Shown: in pieces, positions 52,030 through 61,561 of the stretch
How positions within the stretch are numbered: the first letter of the stretch is position 1
How the letters are laid out: every line of letters begins with the position of its first letter
Virus record (IMG/VR): IMGVR_UViG_3300025838_000019
Location: 102,640 to 166,639 of that record
Source of the DNA: a virus
Lineage: Duplodnaviria > Heunggongvirae > Uroviricota > Caudoviricetes
Reading direction: 5' to 3' (one strand)
Length of the DNA stretch: 64,000 bases
The notes under the pieces: model-generated
The model's database searches: none
Told to the model about the DNA's origin: nothing
What the model saw: only the letters and a program-made list of their open reading frames with translations
Translations under genes and position numbers: made by a program

Positions 52030-52064
52030 AGACTACATGAAAAACGCAAGAAAGCGAGAAAAAC

Positions 52065-52253
52065 ATGGAAATTAGTACTTTACACTGCACCAAGGCAGAA
52101 CTAATCATTTTGCGTACAGCATTGGACAATTTGTACAAAAAATGTAATAAATTGGAAACTGATGACTTTGTGCTTAATATGGAGAATGAAGACTTAATTC
52201 TTAATTTGACCGCTCAAGTGATTGGCCAATTAGAACTTTTGAATAAGGAGTAA
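52065..52253 (+). CDS. Hypothetical protein (62 aa)
   Basis: ORF after promoter at 52002. Confidence 0.4.
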   Translation: MEISTLHCTKAELIILRTALDNLYKKCNKLETDDFVLNMENEDLILNLTAQVIGQLELLNKE

Positions 52254-52257
52254 TACT

Positions 52258-52431
52258 ATGATTGACTTGCTCAGAAAATATCGTGAACTTTTGTATACAG
52301 AAGGCTTGGGTAATACTGAAGTTATACGTATTGAAACTTTGTTAAAACTATGTGGTTATAATGACGAAGTAACAGCTTTGCGATACGAATTTGAAACTTT
52401 TGTATTCAACGGAGAATTAGAGTACTTTTGA
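52258..52431 (+). CDS. Hypothetical protein (57 aa), not in ORF track
   Basis: TAAGGAG RBS 6 nt before ATG 52258. Confidence 0.4.
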   Translation: MIDLLRKYRELLYTEGLGNTEVIRIETLLKLCGYNDEVTALRYEFETFVFNGELEYF

Positions 52432-52499
52432 TTAGGTTAATAGGCACTTACGAGTGCTTTAGTAATCTAGCTCGGCGTTGGATTACTAAAGTATTCAGG

Positions 52500-52527
52500 T
52501 TGACAAAATCTCAAAATCTGGTATAAT
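52500..52527 (+). promoter_or_regulatory. Sigma70-like promoter TTGACA-N16-TATAAT
   Basis: Consensus hexamers upstream of ATG 52535. Confidence 0.5.
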
Positions 52528-52534
52528 TGATAAC

Positions 52535-52768
52535 ATGAAAAACGCAAAATCTATGACAAAAAACGAATTTAATCTAAATGATTACATTTCCCCAGAATAC
52601 GAACAATCGTATTACAAAGGAATTCCCGTAGAATTTCGTACTAAAGTGTCCGCAATTCTTAAGTCAAAAGGTTACAAATTTCGTTTCTTGTTTCGTGGTA
52701 GTAAAAAGCATTCAGATGCCTCGGTTCGACTGAGAAATGCTAAAACTTTTGCAGTATATCAACGGTAA
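52535..52768 (+). CDS. Hypothetical basic protein (77 aa)
   Basis: Starts ATGAAAAACGCAAAA, the same opening as the mini-ORF at 52039. Confidence 0.45.
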   Translation: MKNAKSMTKNEFNLNDYISPEYEQSYYKGIPVEFRTKVSAILKSKGYKFRFLFRGSKKHSDASVRLRNAKTFAVYQR

Positions 52769-52789
52769 GTATTGAAAAAAGGAATGAAA

Positions 52790-52981
52790 ATGAAACAATA
52801 CGCATTAATTTACGAAGGCTCTGCTATTGAGTATACGGGTTACTTCGAAACTGTAAAGAAATGTATTACATACGTGAGAAAACGATATGGTACTAATACA
52901 GAAGTAGTAATCCGTGCTGTTTACCCAGTAGTCGAAAATGAGTACTATTCGGTTAAAACAGGTAAGCTCGTGAATATCTGA
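52790..52981 (+). CDS. Hypothetical protein (63 aa)
   Basis: AAAGGAA RBS before ATG 52790. Confidence 0.4.
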   Translation: MKQYALIYEGSAIEYTGYFETVKKCITYVRKRYGTNTEVVIRAVYPVVENEYYSVKTGKLVNI

Positions 52982-53010
52982 CCGGTTTACTAGATTACTT
53001 AAGTAGTCAG

Positions 53011-53039
53011 TTGCCATTCAGGTAAAATTGTGGTAGAAT
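53011..53039 (+). promoter_or_regulatory. Sigma70-like promoter TTGCCA-N17-TAGAAT
   Basis: Upstream of ATG 53071. Confidence 0.4.
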
Positions 53040-53070
53040 TCTCTTATTATAAATTGAAAAGGACGCCAAA

Positions 53071-53241
53071 ATGTCAAGCTTAACTAAAAATGATTACATT
53101 GCTCTTATCATTGAGCATATTGTAAACCAAGGGTATTCAAGCTCGGATCGGTTTGTGAACTATATCACTATGATTCTCCCGCAAATGAATACGGAAGAAT
53201 TACAGGACGAACTGGACGCATTGGAACTGGCGGCGGTTTAA
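53071..53241 (+). CDS. Hypothetical acidic protein (56 aa), not in ORF track
   Basis: AAAAGGA RBS before ATG 53071. Confidence 0.35.
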   Translation: MSSLTKNDYIALIIEHIVNQGYSSSDRFVNYITMILPQMNTEELQDELDALELAAV

Positions 53242-53266
53242 ACTTTTGTACTAGAAAGGATTAAAA

Positions 53267-53488
53267 ATGCAAACTAATTTCGTAACTGAGATGGTCGATG
53301 ACATTTTCGATAGCGAAGGCGATGTTGAAATTGGCAACTTAAGTTTTAGCCGGTCTCAAATTGTGAAAGAATTAGATCCAATTGCGTACCGTATGGCGGT
53401 AAACGAATACATTGATTTTATGATAGACGATTTGGACCCAGAGTCGGATACTGATGAAATTGAGCGATTGGAACAATGTTATATCTGA
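53267..53488 (+). CDS. Hypothetical acidic protein (73 aa)
   Basis: AAAGGA RBS. Confidence 0.4.
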   Translation: MQTNFVTEMVDDIFDSEGDVEIGNLSFSRSQIVKELDPIAYRMAVNEYIDFMIDDLDPESDTDEIERLEQCYI

Positions 53489-53518
53489 CCGGTTTACTGG
53501 AGTACTTTGGTACTCAGG

Positions 53519-53547
53519 TTGACAATCAGGTAAAATTCTGGTATAAT
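53519..53547 (+). promoter_or_regulatory. Sigma70-like promoter TTGACA-N17-TATAAT
   Basis: Consensus hexamers upstream of ATG 53573. Confidence 0.5.
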
Positions 53548-53572
53548 TGGTGTTTTGATTGTGAGGTAAACA

Positions 53573-53785
53573 ATGGCTAAACGAAAGTACAAACGCTCGG
53601 AAATATTCGATGAGGTAAGAGATTTTCTCGAAGCTGTCAACAAAACCATGGGTAACCATCAGGTTGGCTTGGAGTACATCATTTCCCAGTATGTGCATTT
53701 GGTCGCTGAGTTGCCTAAAATCAAACAGCAAGAGCATATCAACGGTTTAAAAAATCAGGTAAAGGAGTTAGTTTATGAGCAATAA
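53573..53785 (+). CDS. Hypothetical protein (70 aa)
   Basis: GAGG RBS. Confidence 0.4.
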   Translation: MAKRKYKRSEIFDEVRDFLEAVNKTMGNHQVGLEYIISQYVHLVAELPKIKQQEHINGLKNQVKELVYEQ

Positions 53786-53975
53786 TTTTCAATGGGATTT
53801 GATGGTCGGTATTCTAGGTGGCGTCAAATTCAACCAGTTAGGTAGCGAAACCGTTGCTGGCATGAGTTGTGGTGAGGTAAAAAGTTCTACCGTGTACGAA
53901 AAACTGACTGCTCGGTTGGCAACACCTGACCGCTTTCAAAAGCTCGATGCTTTGACTGGTCCAACTGTGTTGTAA
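53775..53975 (+). CDS. Hypothetical protein (66 aa)
   Basis: Overlapping coupled ORF. Confidence 0.35.
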   Translation: MSNNFQWDLMVGILGGVKFNQLGSETVAGMSCGEVKSSTVYEKLTARLATPDRFQKLDALTGPTVL

Positions 53976-53992
53976 TTGTGCAACAAACGAAT

Positions 53993-54019
53993 TGACAATC
54001 CTCGGATTACCTGTATAAT
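53993..54019 (+). promoter_or_regulatory. Sigma70-like promoter TTGACA-N16-TATAAT
   Basis: Upstream of ATG 54040. Confidence 0.5.
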
Positions 54020-54039
54020 TGACGTTTTAACTGGAGAAT

Positions 54040-54585
54040 ATGATGGAATTTCGCACTGACACCCCAACCGCATCGGCTTTGTACCTTGTTGATCGTGGCG
54101 CACAAGGCAAGTATTATCGATATTTTGATGCCGAAACTGGCACCTGGTCTCGCTGTGGTATTAACTTTGCAGAAGCCATGGAAAATAAAGACAAACCAAG
54201 TCCTGTCGGCTTTTTCCCTTGGGTTGGTCCTTTGACTGGTCCCAACTTCATGGTCAACAAAGCACCTACACCAGAACCAGTTAAAGTTGCCAAGTTGACC
54301 AAGGCTGCCAAGGCTGCAGATAAACGAATCCTAAAAGCGGTCACTAAGCCTAAGGCCAAGTTAGTGGTCACTCAAGTAGGTAACACTAAGGTAGGCTCTA
54401 TTGTCAAAACTTCAGGTAAAGTTGTCCACCCCGATGGCACCGTGTTCTATCGTGCTGACCGTCAAAAGTGGGTTGCTGTGTGGGCAGGTAAGCAAGAAGC
54501 CGCTCGACCAACTGCTGAAGCGTGCTTGGCTTTCTTGAAGAAAAAATACAACCATGATGGCGTTGTGTTGGTGAAAGGTGAATAA
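54040..54585 (+). CDS. Hypothetical protein (181 aa)
   Basis: GGAG RBS; Lys/Ala-rich middle region. Confidence 0.5.
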   Translation: MMEFRTDTPTASALYLVDRGAQGKYYRYFDAETGTWSRCGINFAEAMENKDKPSPVGFFPWVGPLTGPNFMVNKAPTPEPVKVAKLTKAAKAADKRILKAVTKPKAKLVVTQVGNTKVGSIVKTSGKVVHPDGTVFYRADRQKWVAVWAGKQEAARPTAEACLAFLKKKYNHDGVVLVKGE

Positions 54586-54772
54586 AATGCACCCATCATT
54601 ACAATACATTCAAGATACATTGGTCGATGCTGCCAAAGCAGGTATCGAACGATTGCAAAAAGAAAATAAAGAATTGAAATTGGAAAATCAAGAATTGCAA
54701 TTGGAAATTCGAGAGTTGATAGCCAAAAACAATAGACTGATTGACCGTATTCTCGAAAACAAAAAGGATTAA
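54578..54772 (+). CDS. Small coiled-coil protein (64 aa)
   Basis: KENKELKLENQELQLEIRELIAKNNRL heptads. Confidence 0.4.
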   Translation: MNKMHPSLQYIQDTLVDAAKAGIERLQKENKELKLENQELQLEIRELIAKNNRLIDRILENKKD

Positions 54773-54916
54773 TATGAAAGATTTGCAGTGAAATTTGATG
54801 TTGGAACAGCTGAATAATTGACCACGTTGTAAATATACAACATTTTACAATAATGCTTGCCAAAACGGTAGGCATTATGATAAAATATTGTCTTAAATTG
54901 TTGAAAAGGTTGCATT

Positions 54917-55798
54917 ATGTCAAAAATTGATTTTGTGAACGGTAAGTATCAGGCAATGGTTAACGGCAAGTTGGTCAAACGCACCAAGTTGGCGCATATG
55001 GAATATGTGTTGCGTAAAGCTGGCCTGACCACTGGTGCCGTTGCTGCACCCGTTGCAGAGTCCAATTTTACGATCAATGAGCGCTTTGAATTCTTGTCCG
55101 ATATGGTGACAATGCTTGCCAAAGGCGACCAATCCTCCGTGATTGTGACTGGTCCTGGTGGTCTTGGCAAGTCACACACCGTGACCAAGTCATTGGCCAA
55201 TGCCGGTTTCAAAGATGTGTCCTTGCTTGATGACTTTGAAGTTGGTGCCAAAATGCCAAAAGATTCCTATTGTGTTGTGAAAGGTTACTCCACACCTAAA
55301 GGCCTTTACCGCACCTTGTATGAAAACCGTGAGTCTGTGATTGTGTTTGATGATTGTGATTCCGTGCTCAAAGACCCTGTATCGTTGAACCTGCTCAAAG
55401 GCGCTCTTGATTCTTATTCTCGCCGTATTATCTCATGGAAAGCAGATATGCGTGACGAAGAATTGCCAAACGTGTTTGAATTCAAAGGTCGTGTTGTGTT
55501 CATTTCCAACATGAGCGGTTCATCCCTTGACCAAGCCATTATCTCCCGTTCCATGGCCGTTGACCTGTCAATGACTACCGAACAAAAGATTGAGCGTATG
55601 CGTCACCTGTTGACCGAAGCAGAATTCATGCCAGAGTTTAGCAAGACCATCAAGCAAGATGCCATGGGCTTGATTGAGAAGGTTGCCAATAAGGTCAAAG
55701 AGTTATCCTTGCGTACCTTGATTCAAGTTGTTAAGATTCGCAATTCTAATCCAAACGGCCGTTGGGCTAAGTTGGCAGAATATGCGATTTGCGGTTAA
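54917..55798 (+). CDS. AAA+/P-loop ATPase, clamp-loader/RFC-like fold (293 aa)
   Basis: Walker A TGPGGLGKSHT, Walker B VIVFDDCD, sensor-1-like ISRS; promoter-like TTGCCA-N18-TAAAAT at 54857-54886. Confidence 0.45.
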   Translation: MSKIDFVNGKYQAMVNGKLVKRTKLAHMEYVLRKAGLTTGAVAAPVAESNFTINERFEFLSDMVTMLAKGDQSSVIVTGPGGLGKSHTVTKSLANAGFKDVSLLDDFEVGAKMPKDSYCVVKGYSTPKGLYRTLYENRESVIVFDDCDSVLKDPVSLNLLKGALDSYSRRIISWKADMRDEELPNVFEFKGRVVFISNMSGSSLDQAIISRSMAVDLSMTTEQKIERMRHLLTEAEFMPEFSKTIKQDAMGLIEKVANKVKELSLRTLIQVVKIRNSNPNGRWAKLAEYAICG

Positions 55799-55812
55799 TT
55801 AGGAGTTGAAGA

Positions 55813-55968
55813 ATGACAAAAGCAGAGTTGCTAGAGAAATTGAAATTGGCACAAAACCTATTGGCCGATGTGTATGCGTATGCTGAAGAATTTGAACTGG
55901 ATTTGTTAGAGCGTCAAATGTCGGTTGCCGATTCTTGCATTTGGGATGCTTTAGAGGAATTAGAATGA
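55813..55968 (+). CDS. Small acidic protein (51 aa), not in ORF track
   Basis: AGGAG RBS before ATG 55813; ATGA-coupled to next ORF. Confidence 0.35.
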   Translation: MTKAELLEKLKLAQNLLADVYAYAEEFELDLLERQMSVADSCIWDALEELE

Positions 55969-56144
55969 TTGAATACGCTTTGATAGCTGTGACCATTGTT
56001 CAAGGCGCACATTTGGGTAGTTATGACACACATTATGATGTGGTTCAAACCTATCCAAATGCCAAAGCCTGCCAAGTGGCAATGAAGAAGATTGCCAAAG
56101 ATGATTTTGTCGTGTATACTTGCCTAAAGATTGACAAGGATTGA
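55965..56144 (+). CDS. Small membrane protein (59 aa)
   Basis: GAGGAA RBS; hydrophobic N-terminus. Confidence 0.4.
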   Translation: MIEYALIAVTIVQGAHLGSYDTHYDVVQTYPNAKACQVAMKKIAKDDFVVYTCLKIDKD

Positions 56145-56332
56145 TTATGAGAGAAGATATATTTGCATTTATAATTGGTATATTTTTCGGTGTGTGGGCT
56201 GTGATTATCCTTTTGTTTTCGATTCCTAGCAGTTCTATCAACCGTCTTGACAAATTGATTAATGAATGTGAAGCAACATTGCCTAGAAACCAACATTGTG
56301 TGTTGGTTGCATTACCAAAGGACACAAACTAA
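56141..56332 (+). CDS. Small membrane protein (63 aa)
   Basis: IFAFIIGIFFGVWAVIILLFSI. Confidence 0.4.
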   Translation: MIMREDIFAFIIGIFFGVWAVIILLFSIPSSSINRLDKLINECEATLPRNQHCVLVALPKDTN

Positions 56333-56496
56333 TGAAGTGGTTATACCTTTTATTCCATGGCAACAAATGCCGTCACAAGTGGAAGATTATCAAAACAACC
56401 GATGTTTACCAATACGAAGAATCAAAGTTGCCACATTCAACCCGTTACACCTTACAATGTACCAAGTGTGGTGACCTTAAAACGGTTAAAACCTAA
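56332..56496 (+). CDS. Zinc-ribbon small protein (54 aa)
   Basis: HGNKCRHK...CTKCGD; TAATG coupling. Confidence 0.35.
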   Translation: MKWLYLLFHGNKCRHKWKIIKTTDVYQYEESKLPHSTRYTLQCTKCGDLKTVKT

Positions 56497-56505
56497 CAGG
56501 AGAAA

Positions 56506-56730
56506 ATGATGCACAAAACCATCACCAAAACAAAACTATTTGCCAATGGTCGTTTGAACTACTCGGTGAAGTACCATCAATTCACCACAACCGTGACGGA
56601 TGTGGATACTGGTCTTCAAACCAAAGAGCTGTTTCATGAAGAAACCGTAAAGTATTTCCAGTTGCCATTCGAATTTGGCACGCAAGTCCAATTTGGACCC
56701 TGTGACGACACCGGCCAATATTACCGTTGA
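56506..56730 (+). CDS. Hypothetical protein (74 aa)
   Basis: AGGAG RBS. Confidence 0.4.
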   Translation: MMHKTITKTKLFANGRLNYSVKYHQFTTTVTDVDTGLQTKELFHEETVKYFQLPFEFGTQVQFGPCDDTGQYYR

Positions 56731-56768
56731 TAATACTTGACCAAAAGGCTTGAGTACTTTTTGGTTAA

Positions 56769-56797
56769 TTGCCAACCAGCTGTTTCCGTGATATAAT
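56769..56797 (+). promoter_or_regulatory. Sigma70-like promoter TTGCCA-N17-TATAAT
   Basis: Upstream of ATG 56830. Confidence 0.5.
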
Positions 56798-56829
56798 TAT
56801 TGCATTGATTGATTGAAAAGGAGTTTGTT

Positions 56830-57261
56830 ATGGGTACTCGTAGTCGCATTGGTGTCATGCACGGTGATGTGTGCAAGTCAGTTTATTGTCATTGGGATGG
56901 TTATTTGGAACACAATGGCCGTATCTTGTTGGATCATTATGATTCAGCAAAAGCCAACCGATTGGTTAAATTTGGTGATATGTCCGTTTTAAAACCTGAA
57001 ATTGTAATTCCTGAAGGTGTCGAGCATTGGTTTGATGCCCGAGCACAAGATATCACCGTGTTTTATGGTCGTGACCGTGGTGAAGATGGTATTGATTTTC
57101 AAGTTGACCATACCTTTAAAGATTTTATTGAGCGTTGCAAGGATTGCGATGCTGCGTATTTTTACCTGATGAAGGACGATGTATGGTATACAGGCACACC
57201 TGATTCTAATATATTGGTCCGTTTGGACGAAGCATTGGCTGCATTGCCTGTTGAGGAGTAA
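56830..57261 (+). CDS. Hypothetical protein (143 aa)
   Basis: AAAAGGAG RBS before ATG 56830. Confidence 0.5.
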   Translation: MGTRSRIGVMHGDVCKSVYCHWDGYLEHNGRILLDHYDSAKANRLVKFGDMSVLKPEIVIPEGVEHWFDARAQDITVFYGRDRGEDGIDFQVDHTFKDFIERCKDCDAAYFYLMKDDVWYTGTPDSNILVRLDEALAALPVEE

Positions 57262-57263
57262 TT

Positions 57264-57656
57264 ATGGGTTTGGATATGTTTGCTTGGCGTGTTAATGCCG
57301 GTGATGTGATTGACGATTTCACGGTGCGTGAAAATGACGATGGTTCTGGTTCTCGTGTTGAAGAATTCTTTTATTGGCGCAAGCACCACGACCTGCATGG
57401 TTGGATGGAACAACTGTATCGTGCCAAAGGTGGCACCAAAGAATCCTTTAATTGTGTTAAGGTACGGTTGACCGATACCGATTTGGATAACCTGTTGCTT
57501 GCTGTGGCAAATAACAATTTACCACAAACCACTGGTTTCTTTTTTGGTGATAATCCACCAGATTTGGAATCAATGTCCGAAGATATTAAGTTCATTGCAC
57601 AAGCAAAAGAAGTAATCAAAGCCGGCGATGCCGTTTATTATGATTCATGGTGGTAA
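57264..57656 (+). CDS. Hypothetical protein (130 aa)
   Basis: GGAG RBS. Confidence 0.5.
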   Translation: MGLDMFAWRVNAGDVIDDFTVRENDDGSGSRVEEFFYWRKHHDLHGWMEQLYRAKGGTKESFNCVKVRLTDTDLDNLLLAVANNNLPQTTGFFFGDNPPDLESMSEDIKFIAQAKEVIKAGDAVYYDSWW

Positions 57657-57658
57657 TT

Positions 57659-57937
57659 ATGGAAAAAATTGATTTCTCCGTTGAAGGTTCAAAACAATCA
57701 TTGATTGAGTCCTTGCATAAAGGTCCATTGAAGGTAACCTTCACCAAAAAAGATGGCACTGAGCGTGTAATGAATTGCACGTTGGTCGATACTTTCATTG
57801 AACCCAATCCAAGTGGGTTGAAAGCCGCCCCAGGTCGCAAGAAAAGTGAAGCAGCAATGCCTGTATGGGATATTGATGCCAAGGCTTGGCGTGCGTTCCG
57901 TTGGGATTCTATCATCAGCATTGAGGAAACAAAATGA
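57659..57937 (+). CDS. Hypothetical protein (92 aa)
   Basis: ATG just after upstream stop. Confidence 0.45.
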   Translation: MEKIDFSVEGSKQSLIESLHKGPLKVTFTKKDGTERVMNCTLVDTFIEPNPSGLKAAPGRKKSEAAMPVWDIDAKAWRAFRWDSIISIEETK

Positions 57938-58058
57938 GAATTTTTGACCATTACTTGTCAGCATATTGGTTTTGCAAGAGCCACAACCTTGCAGTTGACA
58001 GCATTAGCCGTAAGTCATTCAGAGAATGGCAAGTTAAAACATATATCAAGGTTTAATC

Positions 58059-58289
58059 ATGAGTTATAAAGTTGGCCGCACAGTTTATAAAGATATTGAA
58101 GTTGAATTTGATATCTCGGACTTTAGCGATGAAGAATTGATGGAAGAACTTACCGAACGTGGTAAATTGCCAACAATGGGTGACTCAAACGAATTGATCG
58201 ACAAAATTTACCATGCTCGCCGGCAAGGTAAACCATATGAAGATTTGTTGGATCAATATCTTTACATGGTTACAGGTATGGCCATCTAA
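58059..58289 (+). CDS. Hypothetical acidic protein (76 aa)
   Basis: ORF with plausible start. Confidence 0.4.
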   Translation: MSYKVGRTVYKDIEVEFDISDFSDEELMEELTERGKLPTMGDSNELIDKIYHARRQGKPYEDLLDQYLYMVTGMAI

Positions 58290-58332
58290 TGGCAGTCGCT
58301 ATCATTCTCTTTTGTGAATTCGTATTGAAGAT

Positions 58333-58536
58333 ATGAAAACCTACGCAATTTGGTTACTAATGACCTGGACTAATCAAAACGGATTGGTCCTACAACAACC
58401 TTACTTTCCTACCTTCCAAGAATGTGAAGGTGTCAGGAAAGTGGCTGAAGAATTCGCCCCTGCCTACGTGGTCAGAGGTAAATGTATCCGTGTTGATGTG
58501 CTGCAAACGGTAGAGCACATGAATACCACACGATAA
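58333..58536 (+). CDS. Hypothetical protein (67 aa)
   Basis: ORF. Confidence 0.35.
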   Translation: MKTYAIWLLMTWTNQNGLVLQQPYFPTFQECEGVRKVAEEFAPAYVVRGKCIRVDVLQTVEHMNTTR

Positions 58537-58553
58537 TTACCACATTTTGGGGC

Positions 58554-58582
58554 TTGACACAATAATGGTATTGTGTTACAGT
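58554..58582 (+). promoter_or_regulatory. Sigma70-like promoter TTGACA-N17-TACAGT
   Basis: Upstream of ATG 58613. Confidence 0.4.
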
Positions 58583-58612
58583 CTCGGTGTCCCCTTTTGA
58601 TGAAAGTATTTT

Positions 58613-59107
58613 ATGGATGATGATTTCCAAATTAATATCCCCGCTTACTATAGCCTTGACTATGAACAAATTTCTAAAGACACCAAACTATTGGCTGTCT
58701 CTCGTATGTTGGCTATGAAGCTGATGGAAAACCCATATGTAAATGTGGGTGAATTCATTAGTTCGTTGTCTAATGATGACCTACAAATTCTTATTGAGAA
58801 AATCGAAGTTGAAGACCGTGGAGACGGTGCTCAACTGGAAGATTTAATTGTTATCTCTGGTATGTTGGCCATCTCTGAGGGTTTGGATACAACCTTTGAT
58901 GTTGATGAGGTAATGCATCGAATCGATAAACTCGTTGGCTTTTTGGTGATTGAATCATTGAAGCGTAAAGGTTTTGTGAAGGTCTTTTACGAAAACATGT
59001 CATTCGGTGAAGACATGGGTGATAAAGTGGTTGTGGAAAAAATCGATGCAGCATTTGGTGGTTTTCCTGTTTCTAAAATGAAGTCTAATGAAAAGCCTAA
59101 CGGCTAA
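58613..59107 (+). CDS. Acidic hypothetical protein (164 aa)
   Basis: ORF. Confidence 0.5.
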   Translation: MDDDFQINIPAYYSLDYEQISKDTKLLAVSRMLAMKLMENPYVNVGEFISSLSNDDLQILIEKIEVEDRGDGAQLEDLIVISGMLAISEGLDTTFDVDEVMHRIDKLVGFLVIESLKRKGFVKVFYENMSFGEDMGDKVVVEKIDAAFGGFPVSKMKSNEKPNG

Positions 59108-59119
59108 GGAGTTTTTGAT

Positions 59120-59968
59120 ATGATGTTGATTTTTATTGCAATTCTCTTGTTGATTGCTATTACGATTTTTGGTTGGGTCAACAACAAAGCATCCGCTGGT
59201 TTTGCGGTTGGTGTGTTTGTTTCGGTTTTTGTATTAGTGATTGATTGTATTACTGTGATTGGTGCTGGTGAGCGTGGTGTTCAAGTTACTTTTGGTGATG
59301 TGAATCCTGTGGCACTTGAATCTGGTGTGCATTTTGTAAACCCATTATCAAATATTCGTGAATTGAATGTACAGCTACAGAGTGCTACATTGGAGAAGTC
59401 TAGTGCATCCACTAAAGACTTGCAGCAAGTGCATACAGATATTGTGACCAATTTCCGTTTGAGTGAATCAAAGGTCGCCAATATCTACAAAGAGTATGGC
59501 GTAAACGTGGTTGATAAAGTGTTGACACCATCGGTTAATGAATCATTCAAGGCGGTTACTGCCAAGTACACAAGTGAAGAATTGGTGACTAAACGTGATG
59601 AAGTATCTGGTGCTATTCTAGAGCATCTACGTGCAAAACTGGCACCGTATGATATCTCCGTTGATGGTGTGTCATTGGTCAACTTTGGATTCTCACCTGA
59701 ATACCAACATGCTATTGAACAGAAGGTTATTGCAACACAGAGCAAATTGAAAGCTGAACAAGATTTGGCACGTATTCAAGTTGAAGCACAATCCCGTATT
59801 GCACAGGCTGATGGTGAAGCGAAAGCGATTGCTATTCAAGCACAAGCGATTCAATCAAGTGGTGGTGCTCAGTATGTTCAATTGGAATGGATCAAAAAGT
59901 GGAATGGTAAAATGCCTGACACTATGTTGGGTGATCCAAGTCGTTTGATGATTAACACTGGCAAGTAA
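59120..59968 (+). CDS. SPFH/band-7 (prohibitin/HflK-like) membrane protein (282 aa)
   Basis: N-terminal TM then GERGVQVTFG...TNFRL... and Ala/Gln-rich coiled coil typical of SPFH proteins; TAAGGAG RBS. Confidence 0.65.
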   Translation: MMLIFIAILLLIAITIFGWVNNKASAGFAVGVFVSVFVLVIDCITVIGAGERGVQVTFGDVNPVALESGVHFVNPLSNIRELNVQLQSATLEKSSASTKDLQQVHTDIVTNFRLSESKVANIYKEYGVNVVDKVLTPSVNESFKAVTAKYTSEELVTKRDEVSGAILEHLRAKLAPYDISVDGVSLVNFGFSPEYQHAIEQKVIATQSKLKAEQDLARIQVEAQSRIAQADGEAKAIAIQAQAIQSSGGAQYVQLEWIKKWNGKMPDTMLGDPSRLMINTGK

Positions 59969-60027
59969 CACAAGAGGCTTCGGCCTCTTTTGGAGTATAT
60001 GATGAACGAACAACTATTGGTTAACAC

Positions 60028-60402
60028 ATGACAAAAATGATTGATGAATTTCCACCAAGTTGGTGGGAATTTCCACCAGAATGTAAAACAGAAGCGGAGA
60101 AAACCGCTTTTGCTTTTGGTTGGTGGAAGGCAATGGAAGCAATGCGAGAAAAAGACCAAGATGAGCCTGTATTGTGGCTGCGTGACCCCAAACATTATCC
60201 TGAAGAAGATTCCATAGTTCCTCATGTTTCTTGGAAAAAAGAACGACTGAATACAATTCCTCTCACATATTGGCCACAACCTCGTCCATGGGTTGGGTTG
60301 ACACCAGAACAAAAATTGTCACTTGAAATTCAAGGCAATAAATCTGATGTAATGTTGGCAGAGCTTGTCGAAAGTTGGTTAAAGGATATGAACACATGGT
60401 GA
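60028..60402 (+). CDS. Trp-rich hypothetical protein (124 aa)
   Basis: ORF. Confidence 0.45.
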   Translation: MTKMIDEFPPSWWEFPPECKTEAEKTAFAFGWWKAMEAMREKDQDEPVLWLRDPKHYPEEDSIVPHVSWKKERLNTIPLTYWPQPRPWVGLTPEQKLSLEIQGNKSDVMLAELVESWLKDMNTW

Positions 60403-60495
60403 AATTTGACAGCAAGACTGGTCGTTTTATCTTCTCACACGAAAAAGATAAAGTGTCTATGATTTTGACTAAGGCTGCACCTAAGTATTTCAACT

Positions 60496-60717
60496 TTGAC
60501 GCTTTCTAATATGTCACAAGAATCGGTTTTGGGTTATATCAACAAAGGCCGTGGCCAATGGGAACCAATTGAGGAAATCCCACGAGGTCATATTGCAACT
60601 CGTGCATTTGTTATGTGTTGTAATTGCTTGGCACCGATTCGTAGTGGTGGTGGCCCCATCTATCGTGCATGGTGTCTAAAATGCTACGAGGAGAAAAAGA
60701 ATGAATCAACGGATTAA
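60496..60717 (+). CDS. Zinc-ribbon protein (73 aa)
   Basis: CCNC...CLKC. Confidence 0.4.
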   Translation: MTLSNMSQESVLGYINKGRGQWEPIEEIPRGHIATRAFVMCCNCLAPIRSGGGPIYRAWCLKCYEEKKNESTD

Positions 60718-60955
60718 GGAACTTGCTGAACAGGCTGGCATTTATAATTTGAATTTGGTGGATGAAACTGAATATTGGATTTTGGAAAACTTCTCCAAGA
60801 TGATTGTTAGGGAATGTGCTAGAATAAGCAAAGAAACTTGCAATGAGTTAAAGGCAGATGAAACCATCCAGATGCCTGCGCTCAAAACAAGTCTTAACCT
60901 TTACCATGCCACCTTACGCAATAAACTGGACGAACATTTCGGAGTTGAAGAATGA
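60701..60955 (+). CDS. HFGVEE-family small protein, member 6 (84 aa)
   Basis: MNQRIKELAEQAG...MIVRECA...EHFGVEE. Confidence 0.5.
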   Translation: MNQRIKELAEQAGIYNLNLVDETEYWILENFSKMIVRECARISKETCNELKADETIQMPALKTSLNLYHATLRNKLDEHFGVEE

Positions 60956-61106
60956 ATCAACGGATTAAGGAACTTGCTGAAGAAGCCGGATTCATACCGG
61001 ATGGTTTTTTAGAACTCTTTGCTGAGTTGATTATGAGAGATGTGTGCAATAAACTAGAACCGGTATTGGCCAAAGAGATTTTACAACTGTATGGAATTGA
61101 AGAATG
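60955..61106 (+). CDS. HFGVEE-family member 7, truncated (50 aa)
   Basis: MNQRIKELAEEAG...FAELIMRDV...YGIEE. Confidence 0.4.
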
Positions 61107-61331
61107 AAAACTGATGATGTGAACCGCATGATTGAAAGACTTACAAACCTATCGGTGATGCGTCAACGGTCAGAAGCCTTGGTGATTGCATTGGTTGGTA
61201 AAGATGCAGCTGAAAAGTGGTGGAACAGCCACAATAAAGCATTCGATAAAACACCACATGAGCAATGGTTCGATGACCCACACCAAGTGTACGAATACTT
61301 GATGAATCACGGTGCAGGAGAATATTTGTAA
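61104..61331 (+). CDS. Hypothetical protein (75 aa)
   Basis: Coupled ORF. Confidence 0.4.
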   Translation: MKTDDVNRMIERLTNLSVMRQRSEALVIALVGKDAAEKWWNSHNKAFDKTPHEQWFDDPHQVYEYLMNHGAGEYL

Positions 61332-61558
61332 TGGAAGAAAAAGATAAAAACAACCTGACTTATATCATGTCGTTGAACGACCATGATTTTGACCTTTGGC
61401 TAGATACCATTGACTATGAGGACGTGGAATATGCCATGCGGTTGATTCGCCAGCATCGCCAGGAACTCGTGGAACAAGAAATTGAACTGGAGTTGCAACT
61501 GGACAACATGGACTTGTCCCAAGCGCAGGAAATACTTTCCAGAATAAGTAAAAAGTAG
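61331..61558 (+). CDS. Hypothetical acidic protein (75 aa)
   Basis: Coupled ORF. Confidence 0.4.
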   Translation: MEEKDKNNLTYIMSLNDHDFDLWLDTIDYEDVEYAMRLIRQHRQELVEQEIELELQLDNMDLSQAQEILSRISKK

Positions 61559-61561
61559 TAC

